From Tubiluchus corallicola (Eukaryota; Animalia; Priapulida), in contig JAQGDQ010000085.1 in the NCBI GenBank assembly GCA_030141605.1, positions 310,001 to 374,000 on the forward strand: a DNA stretch of 64,000 nt, given 5' to 3'. The position numbers were made by a program, and so were the translations under genes. Below are positions 25,669 through 40,600 of the stretch, in pieces. Below the pieces are notes generated by a model that did not search any database, was not told where the DNA came from, and was given only the letters and a program-made list of their open reading frames with translations. Numbering within the stretch: the first letter of the stretch is position 1; each line of letters starts with the position of its first letter.

Positions 25669-28600
25669 CTAGTGTGGTTTGCTGGACGGACGCCTGTATA
25701 CACTACCGCCATGTTTCTTCCACTCCACTTCAAATTCCCGGGGAAGGATCTCAGCTCCACGTTTTCTAGTTAAGCCAGTCTCTTCTAGGCTCAGTTCACA
25801 CATTTGCATATCATCCTTTCCTGAAATGTAAAAGTTTGCACTTTATCACGTATGAAAATAATGGTATTTTACCAGAAGGATTATAATTGGGTGGATTGTT
25901 ACATTACATTATTGATCACAATTGGTTGTAGTCCAGACCAGAACCATCAGGATGCAAAAAATGAGCTTTCAAGTTGTTATTATACAAGAGACATTGACTA
26001 CTCCTCAGTGTACAATTAGGTCAAGATGAACAAATACCCGCACATCATTTTTATCCGTGAGCATCGCTGATCTAAGAGAATCCATATGCTGTTTTCTTAC
26101 TAAGATTTTTCTTCTTGATATTTCAAGGCATCCAGTTTTAGTTATCAGTTCACAATGCTGAATAACTTGAAAACCATAATACATAGTCATGAAAATTTCC
26201 AGCAGATACCTGGAGCACTGGCTCAAACCACGATCGAGCCCCTGTGTGATCGAAATGGTCAAAAGAGCGCAAATTCTTTAGAGACTCAAGATAGAAGCCA
26301 AAATGTGAAATTTGGCAAACTGCTTGGTCACATATGATTAAAATGCACTGGAACAGGCTTGGCCAAGTGATAATTAGCCACCAGCCCTGCTCACTGGTAA
26401 GTCATAATCAGTCAAGTGACAAACATGGCCGTGTATGTGGATTTCAATCTGAATTTGCTCACTCTTGTTTAAGACAATGCTCACAAAAAACTCATAATGC
26501 AATACATACATACATAGAATTGTTAAGTATCGTACATTAGTTATATATGTATGTATTGATTATGTATTAATCAACAGTTACAATACGATTAGTTATAATT
26601 AGGTATTGATACTTTATATTTTCTCCAGAAGGGTGACATACTGAACAATGGGAAGCTAATGGCAAAAACAATAAATCTATTTTCCTGCTCCATGCATTAC
26701 TGTACAAATTAATAAACCTCAAAAACGAGTATGCTGCTTGCATTAGGCTGGTCACCACGCAACTCACATTTCTTTGGGGTGATAGAACCATCGCAAGTGC
26801 AATTAACTGAAATGCGGAAACTGGAAAACTTAATTACCTGCAATCAAAAGTACAGGTGCTTTATCTGGATACAGCTCCATCTGGCGCGCAATCCATGTAC
26901 CATCAAAATGAGCATACCACCATCCTTTCTTACGCTCACCGGATTCTGTCGTAACGCTGACTGGAGCCAAGAATGGAAGTCGGAAGAATCGGTGTTGAAC
27001 TTTTGGTCGGACTTGATCTAATGGACGGTGCAGCCTTTGCAGTTTAGGTTTCTCTTCTTGCTTTTGAGCTGTAATAAGACAAGCAATCACTTAGCAAAAA
27101 TTTGTTAAGGTGTTTAAATGTAACAAATCCAGCTAGTTAAAATTATCAAGGATATTACAAAGTAAGTCTGCAACTTACTTGTTCGAAGATGCTTTAAATA
27201 ATACATTAGAGTATCATTAGTTCAAAACTGGAGTTCATTGCTTAACTTGGATTTTGTTAATAATTTAACCACCAAGTAAAAAAGAACTGTAAATAACAAA
27301 GTAGGTGTTCACAGTAAGACGAACACGTGTTTCATGCATGCAGTAAGCCCACAACAAAAATGACACCAACACCAAAACAGTTTTAAGCATTCATGCACCA
27401 TATTTAAAAACAAGGATAGAGAAACATTAAGACACATAGTCACCTTGAAGCAGAGGTGGTTTTGTAGTTTCATGTTTTGGAATTTCTTTCTCTTTATGGG
27501 CTAGAAAAAGAAACAGTTACATAAGGATTCGTGGGTAAATATCTGAGAAGGCAATGGTGCCTGGTAGCCATGACAACAGAAAGTGACAGGTGTACACGTG
27601 GGCGTGTTCCAACAAGTCACTTCAGCAAAGATGAATGAATTTGCTACAATACAAATCTATAGGTAGTACAAAGAAATAATCCAATACACTGCAAATGGCT
27701 CAAACAACTGTGCAAACAAGGCAGGAAAACCAACAGCAATCATACGTCAGTGTGAAAATACGTGCCATTGACAAGGTGACAAAGATATAATACCCATTGA
27801 CAGAGCATACCTTTTACATCCTAGTCAGTTCAAGCATGCAAAATATATGCACACAAAGCAAGCACAATTAAACTAATATTGCAAGGTAGTGTTTACCTTC
27901 CTCAACGACAGCTTGAGGTGCACGTTGCTGAGTGCCAGAATTGACTCGCTTATTCCTGTTCTTCCAGGCATGATAGACCTTCAGACGACGATGAAACTCT
28001 GCCCTGCATGCTTCTAGTAGCTCAAGATCTAAAATGAATGAAATCATGGGATACAAAAGATCGTCAGAGAAATCAGTTATCCGTTATATTTCCGACTGAC
28101 AAAAGTCTTGTGTTACAATTTATTATCTTTCAAGATGTAATTAAACGGTTACTCTAATTTAAACTAGTCCAGAATGCGAAGCACTGAATTACTAGCTTGA
28201 CCTTCACCTATTTGTAGGCATTTACATAGACATGGACATCTTTATTGGTTATATATACTACACATGATATACATGAAATTTGTCATTTCAGCTTTGCACA
28301 GATTAATACAAAGCAATTTGTGCAACAAATTTGCAACTGTAAAATAAATTCAACTGTACACATAAATCAAAATGGTACAATTAAGTAAAATATTATTCTT
28401 TCAAAGCTATACATGTTGACAAACAAGCAACAAAAGTTCTTTTAAACATTCAACAAAACACGTAAAAATTTCTGTGCATAAGTAGACAGCATTTTAGCAG
28501 TGCAGCACCACCTTTTTTGTACAATGTAAAATGTATAATCTTAGTAGCATGTTATGTTTCGAAACATGCCTTTCTTTTAAAGATCCTCGGTTCTTCTTAA

Positions 28601-31600
28601 ATAATGCAATAATTTTCCTGCAATAGTGCTTTACTGTGATGTCACAATACAGAAAATTCACCCCACATCACACCACCTATATCTCTGTGATTACGCATAC
28701 CACATGACACCAATCACACCATGCCACAAAACAGCAACAACTAAGACATTTTGCGCATTGTCAACTAAAATTGCTTGTCAAGACAAACACTGTTAAAACC
28801 ATCCACTCATGACCATTAATGTGTGAACATTTTACATATAGAATTTGCTTTCTGCTCCTGAAATTATGGTAAGAATGTGCCAACATTCTACATACTAAAA
28901 AGTCTTTACTTACTGCTACCTTTGGCTTATTAACTTACTGTTAATGAGCCAACTGTTAACAAATACAATATTTCTGGTTGCCATGGATCCAAACTTTTGT
29001 GAAAATTTAGAATAGGCATCGCTTGCCTCACAATGTGTAAAGGACAGAATTTTGTGTCACAGGAACAAGAACGAGACCAGCTTCACGGCACAATAAACGT
29101 CTTTAATTTAAAGAGTTTTCAATCTGTAAACGAGTAACTCACAAACAGGCTAATTGTAAGAAAAAGAAAATTAGCAAAGTTATAAACATAACAAGGGACC
29201 CTAATGTGTTTTATAATATCGCTGGTTCTTTGGCTTATACAGTTATAACGAGGAGTTCTTACCACAAGATGTATTTATAGTGTCACGTAGTTCAGCATAC
29301 TTCCACTTGGACAAGTCATATTTCTGGTTGGCCTGGGCTTCCAATTGATTTCGTACCTTTTCAGATCTCGTTAGCACAGGTGTGCTTAAGTCCTCTACAA
29401 CACCTGAACAACAAAACAAATAGTACCATAACTTCTCATGCAGAAAAACCTGAATTGGAGAGTGCAGAATAAGTTTTTTAAGTTGGCTCTTAAGCAGAAA
29501 TTAAGCGTATTACATTTAACATTGACTGCCCAATTTCAAAGCTAAAGCATTTTTATTGAAAAGTTTTGGTTACAGTTATGCACCTTCAAAACAAATCACT
29601 GAACTGTACTTGAATATTCACACTGAATAAAATCAGTTAGGATGTGCACCAAGGATTCTTATCTAACTGTTTCTTTTTCTATCGGATAAAAAAGAAGCTT
29701 CAAAACATGAACCTGCATAACCACATGCACTTCAGGGGTGACTACGTGTCTCCTTGTTCTTAAATAAAAGCTAAAAGTAATGCACGAAAGCTTAAAACCA
29801 TATTTTGCTGTTGGTATTATTTTTACCGAAACATCCCAGCTGATTTTATTGTAAATATTTTAGCTGGAAATTGCGGAACTTTGCTTGGTTTAATTAAACA
29901 ATCACATACCACCGCTTTCTTGTGCTAAGCGCAGAGCAAGTTCGTGATCTCGTCGTTCCTGTTCTAACTGGGCCTGTCTGGCTTCCTCTGCCTCCCGTTC
30001 CTTCTCTAACTGAGCCTGTAGGGCTAATGCTGCTTTTCTGTCCTCCTCCTCTTGCCTCTTTCGTGCCTCCTCTTCAGCCTTTCTGCGGGCTTCCATCTCA
30101 GCTTTTCTGTAAGGACAACATTGTAAGCATTTTTCACAGAAATAATGACTGAGGGAGGATGGCCAATGGGTCAAGAATTCAAGTCATAACTGATGCAAAC
30201 TTGATGTTAGAAATTAGCATCATTTTTGACATCATGTAGAACAAAGGGACTAATGCCTTGATGCAAACTTATTTGGAGAAAGAAGCATACTCTGTCATTG
30301 TAAGATAGCTCCAAAAACATCAAAACTAAACAGAAATTTAAAAAATAACTCGCCAGGAACTTATTCTTGTCTCCTCAATACTGGCTAATTCTAGGGAACA
30401 GGTGCTTAGCTGGAAAGCACACTTGCCCGCACTGTTGCTGAATGCCAATGCAAGTTCTTTAAGTATTCAGTGTCTTCTGCAGACATTTTAAATGTTGACT
30501 TAAAAGCTAACTTAAATGCAAATTTTGAGAAAATCCTTAAAGAGCTGTTTAAATTTTTCAAATACACAACGAAATAAAAAAACTGTTACAGTTTAAAGTT
30601 TTGAGATTAAAATTTCTTGAAGCACAAAAATAATCAAATTTTATCTTCTCCCGTTATTAGAAATAATACAATTATTTATAGATGATTGAACTCCACAATT
30701 GTTGTAAGAACATACGTAGCTACATATGCAGAAGAGTAAAATTCAGCAAAAGCCGAACAAAGTAATCATTGTATACATTTTAACATTTCGTAATATTTGC
30801 AAGGCAAAAACAACACATTTTAATCATAAGTAACAGTAAAAAAACAAAGGATGAAACTGCTCAATAACCAAGTCCTCATAAAGAAAACATTTGTATTATT
30901 ACTTCGTTAAGGTAAAATCGAAATGACTGAACACGTACATTCTTCTCTCTTCCTCTTCTTGCTTTCTCCGTCGTTCCTCCTCTAACTTTCGCTGTCTCTC
31001 TCGCTCCATCTCCTCCTGGATCTTGCGGAGGCGCTCCTGCTCTTCAGCGATCTTCTGCTGCTGTAGGCGTTTCTGAAGAGCTGCTTGTTGCCGGTCCATG
31101 GCTTGCATGTGTGATGTGTAAATACGATCAATCTCTTCTCGTTTCAGCATGCTAGTCTACAAGCAGCAAGTACAGAGTCAAAACAATAAATAGAAAAAAC
31201 AAAATGGTACCAGTCTAACTGCAATTACAGATGCACAGAGTATAGATGAGGACAGTGCAAATCCTATGCCACAAAATTAAACAAAAACTTAATAATTTTT
31301 ATGGACTGAGGGTAGTCAACTAGCTTTATGTATTACACACAAGAAAACAATGGCAAGTTTCTTGCTCCAGACTATAATCTCTTGCTCCAGACTTACTCCA
31401 AACTTGATTATACACCGACCACTTGGTTATTTGAGCTAAACAATTCTACAAAATTTTCAATATTTGTTATTGCTGTTATAATTTTTGTTGTGGGCACACA
31501 CGATGCAGAGGATATCGTGCTTTATGCATTGCTCATTTTTACACTAGCTATTACTATGTAATGATAGCTATACAAAAATACAGTATCGTCATAAACTATA

Positions 31601-34600
31601 CCCAATTTTCTGCATTTTCCCATTCTTCTCTGCATATCCCATAAAAATGCACTCGTATCTCGGTTTGTCAGACCTCGCTTTTACAGATATCGGAAGACCT
31701 GGACAAAATCTGGGCCATTAAAAAGTGCCGCATATTACGGACAGAGTTCTTTGTTTCGCGAGCTGACCACTAATTGGCGGGCCGTCACTTAGTTTACATT
31801 ATTAGATCAGAGTAACCACGTGTATATCACTATATATAAAAATATAGAGTTAATAATGTGAAGTCAATTGCCGACAGTTTTTATATACTTTTACATAGGA
31901 GCGGCCCCATACCAGTGTATCTTTGAACATTAACTTTGTAGCAGGAGTTCTTACTTAAACAAATAGAAACTCATATTTTAGACCCCCCCCAGTCCAATTT
32001 CTTGGGTACACTCATAACATGTACTCTAGGTCATAGGACCACTCAAATATCCAAACTGGCTTAAACCCCAACAGTCAAGGATCCAGAGGCTGACGAAAAG
32101 AAAAAGTAGAGCAACCTACGCAGATACTAGTTAACAAGACTAGCACCCTCCTCCCCTGTTCAATCTATGATTGCTTTTACTCCCAGGGAGCCTTTGTAAA
32201 GTAAAAACACTGTTTCCCTATTCCTTCAGGCAATGTTTCCTCTCAAAAAGGGGAGAGTTATGAAGTACTGCAAACACAATGTCCATGTCCCTCTTGTGCA
32301 CCACTCAATACTTGTAAATACTACAGTAAACACAATTTTCAGAAATTTTCAAATATATATATATATATATATATTTTCAATGTCAGATACCTTAATTTTA
32401 CGTATGCTGGCATCGATCGCTGCATTTATATCTGCTATTTCTTTTGCAGATATGTCCTTTTCCTTTTTCAGTTGAGAAATTATTTGCTGGCAACCTTGCA
32501 ATTGACTTTTCAATCCACGAATCTTCTTGATACCCATATACCTAATATCAAATAAGCGTGTCTGTATAGTACATCCAAACTTTATTAACTGGGCTTAACT
32601 ATTATAGCAAGAATTTGTTACATATTACAAGTACGCTTTGATAAAGAGTCTGATAGACGCTACTTAAGACTGTGTGGTGCTAGGCACTTGTTTTTAGTTA
32701 AATTTTAAACCAAAATCTCAGTAAAATTAGTATCATTGAAAACTATGCTAAATAAACAGTAACGTTAACTCCATAATTTTATTACTCATGCTGAATATTA
32801 AAATTTTGCTACTCACATTTAATATCAAATTCTGATACTCATATTTTATGTTTAAATTTGATTCTCAGCAGTAGACTTGTCGCAAGGAAATCTTATATCT
32901 ATCCTGTTCTGCTCATAAACATCAAGACAGCCACAGCATAATCAATATGTGTGTAAACAGCAAACTAAACCAGCCACAAAACCACCGTTCATACCTGCAA
33001 CGATGCTTCTTCTTTGCCTGGTAACCTCTCACATATTTCTGTATGGTTATAATCTGTTCACATCTCCATTTTATCTTGTTTTTTACTGAATACAAAAAAT
33101 AAATTTATTTACATTATTTCACATGTAATTAGCTAGTATTTTTATCTGATTCACATGTAATATTCTTCACATAAGCTAAGAATATTAACATCTGCCATAT
33201 ATCTGTCAAATACACCTACAGAAGAATGTATGGTTTTGCTGATTCAGTATCTTATCATTGATAAATGAGCTAGGTTCCTGTCATATCACAATCACTCAAC
33301 ATTAATAATAGGCTCCATCACTGACTAGCAAGTTACCCAAGGAAGAACATTCAGATCATATTAGAAACCACTAGCTGAACACTAACAAAACTGAAACAAA
33401 ATTATATACTCCCAAATGGCTAATTTTAATTATCAAAATAATTGAAAAACAGAGTAAAAATAAACATCTGTATACTTACGACAAAAAGTAAATTACTGTT
33501 TGAATTACCACAAGAACCACTAGGTTCCCAATAAGACAACGATGATGATGACGATGATGAAGACACGAAGAATTGACAGTGGTGAGTTTAGGAAAGAATT
33601 AAGTTACGGAACAGCAATTATGCAGATTAGTGACAGGCAATTAATAGATTAATCAAAATAATTACGATTACAACCATGTATAAATTGATATGATCAATGA
33701 TTGAACAGTAATTCAATTAATCGAGAGCAGAATATTTGTGCTACACCCTGACTAAAAGGCAGTGTTTTAGCACAAATAAGCATTTTACAATGTGCACAAT
33801 TGCAAACAACAGTGTTGTAAACTGGGAGTTTGAAATTCGTTGACATGTGATGCATGTAATGATGTAGCCATAAAGCAGTTAACGAATGTGTGTGTCTATA
33901 GAAACAGTTTGCAAAAGAAAAACAGCAGACAGATACGAAAGTTGTGAAGAAGTTATAGGCTATACTTCACTGCAATCATTGAAAAAAATAAGTAAAACAT
34001 TAAAAGTTGTAGCAAAACATTAATCGTGATATCAAATTACAAGAACAAGATTAAAATCGAGTTACAAAATTTCAAAACTGTCCATCACTAATGCAGATAA
34101 CAAAAATATAACATATATAACAAATATAAAGAAAACAGTAACTAAATCAAACTTGCATTTAATCACGCTCCATGTACAGTACATCGCCTTTTTCCATCGA
34201 GAGTGGAGCAACCAGCGCTCGACTTTTTTCACCAACATGGCCAAATTCTCAGGATCCGACTTCATGATTTGATCAAATTCCGCAAATTTACCGGGACGAA
34301 AGAAAATCTTCGTCATTCCAAAGCGAAAATCATGCTCGTTGAGTCCAAGTGCCATAAACAATGCCTAAAAACACAAATAGTTAACAAGAATGCCTCATAT
34401 GTCCTGACTGTGCTATAAGAATTGGGATGCATCGTGGAACTCCTGAATCCGTTTCATGTCTTTAATGACTTTGTCAACTTGTACCCTTGCTATTTTGCAT
34501 CTGTGAGCCAAAAATACACTGAAAGGGTTCTCGTATGTAATGAAAAGTGCTTAATCGGGGCTAGAATGTACTAGAACAGCATGGCAAAAAGATACAGGAC

Positions 34601-37600
34601 AGTATAAATTTCTGTTTACATTGCAAAATAAAACTTCATTTTATTCTGTTTACATTGCAAAATAATAAGACTGTTTACATTACATTAAAATCTATGAAGT
34701 ACAGGACTGATAGAGTATTTTCCACTATATAAGGGATGAATGAATACAACATACCACAGCATTGAATGCAATGAATAACCTAGCAGTTGAGTTATTTAAT
34801 CACAGTCAAGCAAATATTAATATTTAACTACCAAACGCTTCCACAAGTTCTAAAAATGGATTTTTTGCAGCAAAGCGCTGACCTTACAAAACATTCTGGG
34901 ATCCAGTCGAGACAGCTTGACAGGCAGATAACGTTTATACATGTTGTACAAATCTGCAAACTGAGCACGCGAGGGGTAGCCTTGTTGCATCAGATCCAGC
35001 ACAGATGGCATGCCTACAAAATAAACATGTACAAGTACAGTCTGGAATTGTATTCAGTTCACGTGAGTGGCAAAAACGGCAGCAGATAAATCACAGATTA
35101 CGTGGCTCAAATTTACTAGCAAGTGGAACAAATTTCAAACTTTTTGCAAACATTGTACTCACTCAGAACTTATCGATTTCCCGTATTGCGTCCCCTGTCC
35201 CCCCCCCCCCCCCCGTGTAAAAAGTGCAAATGTTTTGAAGTTTTGTTCTATTCTTCTAATGCTAATGGTTTACTGTAATCTGAATTTTCTGAAGCTCACT
35301 TATAGAAATTTTTAACATTTCTTTTCAATTTCTTTCTAGTTATATCCATGTTTATTTTGACAATTAATTTGAATTCACTAAATGCAAACAGTTTCAAACA
35401 AATACCTGAACACTGGAGTTGACTTAATATCTGTGCCCCTTCAAACTTGTTATTTACCATGTTTGCATTTGGCTTCAAACATCGAATAAAACTTGTGCCC
35501 TGTTTACAAACAAAAGTATTAACATAAGAATGTTTTCTATCAAAATTTGTTGCTCAGCCCAAAAGACTAATCATCGAGAACTTTTCAAAGGCACAAATTC
35601 TGGCATACAGAAAGTTTCAGGGCACAAAGAAATTAAGACAAAAAAATGGAATTTAAATTATGGCATGATTTATTGCTGTATTGTTGTTGCAAGTAGAACC
35701 GTACAGACATGTATCGTATGATGCTGTACCAGACAATTTCAGCTAATAATTGTGACCAAACCTTTGCAGTAGGACATCTGTACCATTTCAATTTATAGTT
35801 ACATTTTACAATAGAATGGTTGTTTGGAAATCCAAGTCTCTGAATAGGTTAAAGTAGACTTACATATTACATTTTAGTAAACAAATAATGCATAATTATA
35901 AACATCAGAATTCTTTGTAAAACATTTTATTTATACAAGCTAAGCATTATTAACTTTTGTTCATGGAACGTAACTCAACGCTTTAACATTGTACATCTTA
36001 TGGAGGGCAATAATTCGCCTAAAACACCTTGTTTTCCTGGGACGCATTGGGAATTTAGTGTACGAATCTAAGAACCAACAATATACTTACAGTGCTGCGC
36101 AGTTTAGTCATGAGATCTGTGAGCTGACTGCGAAATTTGCTTCCTACGCTGATGAAATTCAGTTTTCCCTTGAGGATCTGGTTTGCATTGGGATCATCAA
36201 ACAGACCTTTCAGGAACTTGTTCTGAGAGTCGGCAACAAGCATGGCCAGGGATGCATGCAATGCATCATTGTTCTTTTCAATGAACTGAGACTGTAAAAC
36301 AATAATTTAATGTATCAAAATAATTCACTTTCCAGAGACTTATCTTGCTTAGTATGCGAACTGCTATATTCAGATGATTAAGATAATTGATATAAATGTT
36401 ATTCACTTGAAGGGGAAGAAAAGAGAATTTTTAAGTATTTTCCAAAAAACTTTCCGCACAAAGTTATATTACTGAGCGTTGCGCTTACCTATTTGAAAGA
36501 CATACATAATAGGAAAAGAAAATTCTCAATGATTTAAAATGTTCACACCACCTGGTAAAACAGCACTACATCACTACGGCAGTGAGTGCCACTGATTCAT
36601 CAAAGAACATATTATTAATCTTACTGACCATATACAGTAATTTAAACTTTGTTTAGTTAGTACTTTAGTTAGTGAAGAATGTGCTGCAAATAATCTGATT
36701 ATTTTTTAAAACTTGATGCAATGTTATCTAAACTTAAAATGGCTGTGAATAATAGTCATTAAATTGGAGTGGGAATATATATTTACAAGTTTCATTCAAC
36801 ATTACTGCTAACACAAGCTCTGTATGCAATAACATGACATTGTAAGTCATAAAATTTCAAGGCGAATTTTTTAAGCTTTATTTATGAAGTGTTTTATTGT
36901 GCCTTAGCTTTCAAAATTGTACTTACTGTATGATAACACACAGCACCAGCAAAATGGCGGACTAGAAAACCTTCTTCATCTCTTATCTCTCTATGTTCTC
37001 GTAACTTTGATTTCCTTGGTACCTAACAACAAAAAACGTACAAATCATTATATTACTGCTGTATGAAAGACTTATATCCTTACAGTGACAGTGACAGACA
37101 TGCAGCTTAGAGCCCAAAAGGTTTGGATTCAGTTCCGGCAATAGGACCGAGATTTTTCTTGTGAAACCAATAACTGTTTTTTTTAGGTAATAATGACCCT
37201 AATTTCATCTGATGCACCTAATTTCAGCATAAACGATGACTTAAACACATTACAACAGAGTCATCACTATATATCTAATTTAAAGTTATACTGGATAATA
37301 ATAAGAATAATCTAACAAGATCATTATTAATAATGATAGCGACGACGACGACGACTACTACTACTACTACTGCTACTACACTACTACTACAACTACTACT
37401 ACAATGACAATAAACAAATAATAACGAATAAATGATAATTAGCAAGTTACAGTACGTATTTATCACACCTCAATAAGAAACTGGCGCATTTCACAATCTA
37501 CAGATATATAAATAGAATGATTTTAGATGATTTCTGGTTTCCTATTTAATTGTTTCACTAGAATGTGGAATATCAAACTAAAGTCTTCACACGTAACAAA

Positions 37601-40600
37601 CAATTAACTCAACACAAGAGAGGTTACCATTGTAACTTAAAATAAGCCAACTAATGGCACAATAATTGCAGGATTCATTAAATGCCACACAGGCACAATG
37701 AGCAAAGACAATACGCAATACACTAAGCCTATGAACAAATACAAACTTTTGATTTTAATAGTAATTATTTGTGCACCAATGATATATATTATGTTAGCTG
37801 GTCATACATTTACATATCAGGTATGCTGTTGTATAAACAACAAATTTTGTGCAGCTTAATTAAACAAAAGGAAAATCACACAGCTAAATTTTCTGCTTAC
37901 AGAGAGTCTGAAGTGAGATGGGTAGCGATTGTGCACTTCTGAAGTGAAGTGATTGGGATCAGGTCGGGGTAGTTTGCTTTCTTCATCCAGCAAATCAAAC
38001 AACCCCACAGCTTTGTTCTCTATCAAATCTGCAAAATAAACGAGAATTGCAATCAGATATTCGCTGTACATCTACAGCCTTATCCAAGTCAGCGTACAAA
38101 GTAACCAAACATGATTAGGATCTAGTGACGGTCGGTGGGATGATTAAGCAAAAAAGTGACTAATCATTACTTAAACATTCTATTTTTGATAACTTACATT
38201 TAAAAAATATAATTTTAATAAATGCCTGTACCATTTTACTAGCTTGTCCCTGAACATGATTCAATGGCTAAAAACAGTTGCACTCAATAGTCAACTAGTA
38301 ATTTGACATAGCAGAGCCTTATGGTACGTTCAGAATAGAGAGTTTTCTCTCGCAAGTTCTCTCTGAGAGTAAATTTGCAAATATGAACGGCCTTTTAAGT
38401 TCTTGTACAAGTTGACACTCTCAGCAAATCTCGCCGAGTTTGCAATAACGTGTGAGAGAATTTGTAAAGCCGTTCACACTTACAAGTTTACTCTCAGGGA
38501 GAACTTGCATTAAGAACTTACGAGAACTCTACAGTCCAAACTTAGTCAATGTTCTCCAGCTGTCACATATAAGAAATTACTGGAATCTTATACTTACAAA
38601 CCTTCAGATTAAAAAATAAAAACGTGCTAGAAAACATTTTAGTTCAATTTACAAAATATTCTCACTGGGATCCCAACTATTGCTAGCTGTTTAATTACAA
38701 CACATCATCACACTAATTATTGAATCTGGAAAAACTTCAATTTTCTGCAGAAAAGTACAGCTGCACTCTATAAAGTAATCTAGCCCAATAAATCCACCCG
38801 TATTTTATGGGCAAATCATGTGATTACTATAGCTTTAACAGCAGCAATAAATAAAATTGCAATGCTACAAATGTCACATATAAACCTTGCACAGCAAATT
38901 TAGAACTCCACGCAGATCATTAACATTTCAACGGGGGCAAGACTAAAACACCTGGCAATAACATAATTATACATAATTTAGAACTAAAATTTCTGCCTGC
39001 TACTGTAAGAATTATTTATGAAAACAAGCATTATAGACAAGGAATTACCTATACAATCCTGATTGTCAATATAAGTGACAGTCCTTAGTCCAAGGCCCTC
39101 TTTCTGATAGAGAGCTTGTTCGTCTTTCAAAATTCTCTCATTAAAGAACTGTTGTAATTTCTCGTTGCAGTAATTAATGCAGAACTGTTCGAAACTGTTG
39201 ATGGGGAAGTACTCTAAATCAAACAGAAGTACAATCGATAAGTAAAATTAATAAATTTCACAGAACTGTTTACTGTTTTGAAACAAGGGACTCAAGACTT
39301 AGCCAAATGTTAATAAATAAGATGAATAAACGCTTTTTTCATCTGAGAATTCTTGTGCTCTGAAAAATTAAAAACACTGTAAAAATTGGAATTCAAAGCT
39401 TTGTCAAAAACAAATAACTATTGCTCGAATGGTGCACATTTAATTTTATAGAACAGTATTTGGGCTGAACCTTTGCTAATTTATAGTTTTTCAATATCTT
39501 ATTTTCTTCTCCCCCAAACAAGAATGTCATTAAGTATATGAAATTTCAAATGTTCACAATGAAATCAGCATTTCATTACAAACTTTACTCAGCAAATTAA
39601 CTAAGAGCTAAAACAATATAGGGTACGAACCTAACTTACAGACATAACAACCAAACCCACAGAAAATGTATCCAGCCACTACTAACAGCTATATGTTTTG
39701 TACACATTATTACTACATAATTATTTGTAAACATTTATTTACCAAACCCCGCTATGTCAAGGACGCCTATGTAATTTGCTGTAGCTTTCAACGGGATACA
39801 CTGATTTATTCTCTTCACAATGTAGTCAAACAAACGTGAGTAAATGGCCTTGGCTAAAGCATCTCTTGCATTGCAAGCTTCATAGGTCTTCAGTGGAACT
39901 CTGTTTAAAGAAGATAAACAGCTATCCATTAAACAAACAAATAAACAAGTAAACAAGTGCATGTATAGGTACTACATTTCATAAGTGTAACTGCCCCCAT
40001 TGAATTTATTCCTTTATTGGATGGTGCTGCTGTCTCTTTTGGCAGTAGCACAGGGAACAATGCATTGTTCCACTGTTGGGCAGACAACGTACACGGCTGC
40101 CTGTTAAAACATGGTGAAATTATACAAGTTTACGAGATCATTAGTTATTGCGATAATAGATTGTATTGTCAGCTTATTATATTGCAGTCTGAGTTTGAAG
40201 TGATGCTCGATGTGCTTACATTGATAATTGCATAATAAACTTTCTGATAGTTAAACACTAATCCAGATTTGCAACATTTTTATAATTTCCGTTGGACTCA
40301 TTCAGTGCGAAAGAGCCGCCATACTGCAGCACACTTGTTAAAATAAGTTACTATATATATAACTAATTCTCACAATCATTATTATGAAAATTAATATAAA
40401 ATACTGCAATAAGTGAACAGAAAGAAAAAAATGTCGTTCTATAACAAATGAATGAACTTACTTAATAACAGTCCCTTTAACTCCTCCCTTACTTTGCATA
40501 ACTCTTGCTGTCAAGGCTTCCCGAAGTTCATCTCTTTCCAAGCCAAACACCGCAGCCGTTAGAGCAAGGGCATTTTCTCCTGTGGTTGATATAACCGATC

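Noticed and set aside
25580-25671. Stop-codon readthrough extension of Myo6
   Set aside because: TAG-G context is not a leaky motif and the extension has no recognisable signal
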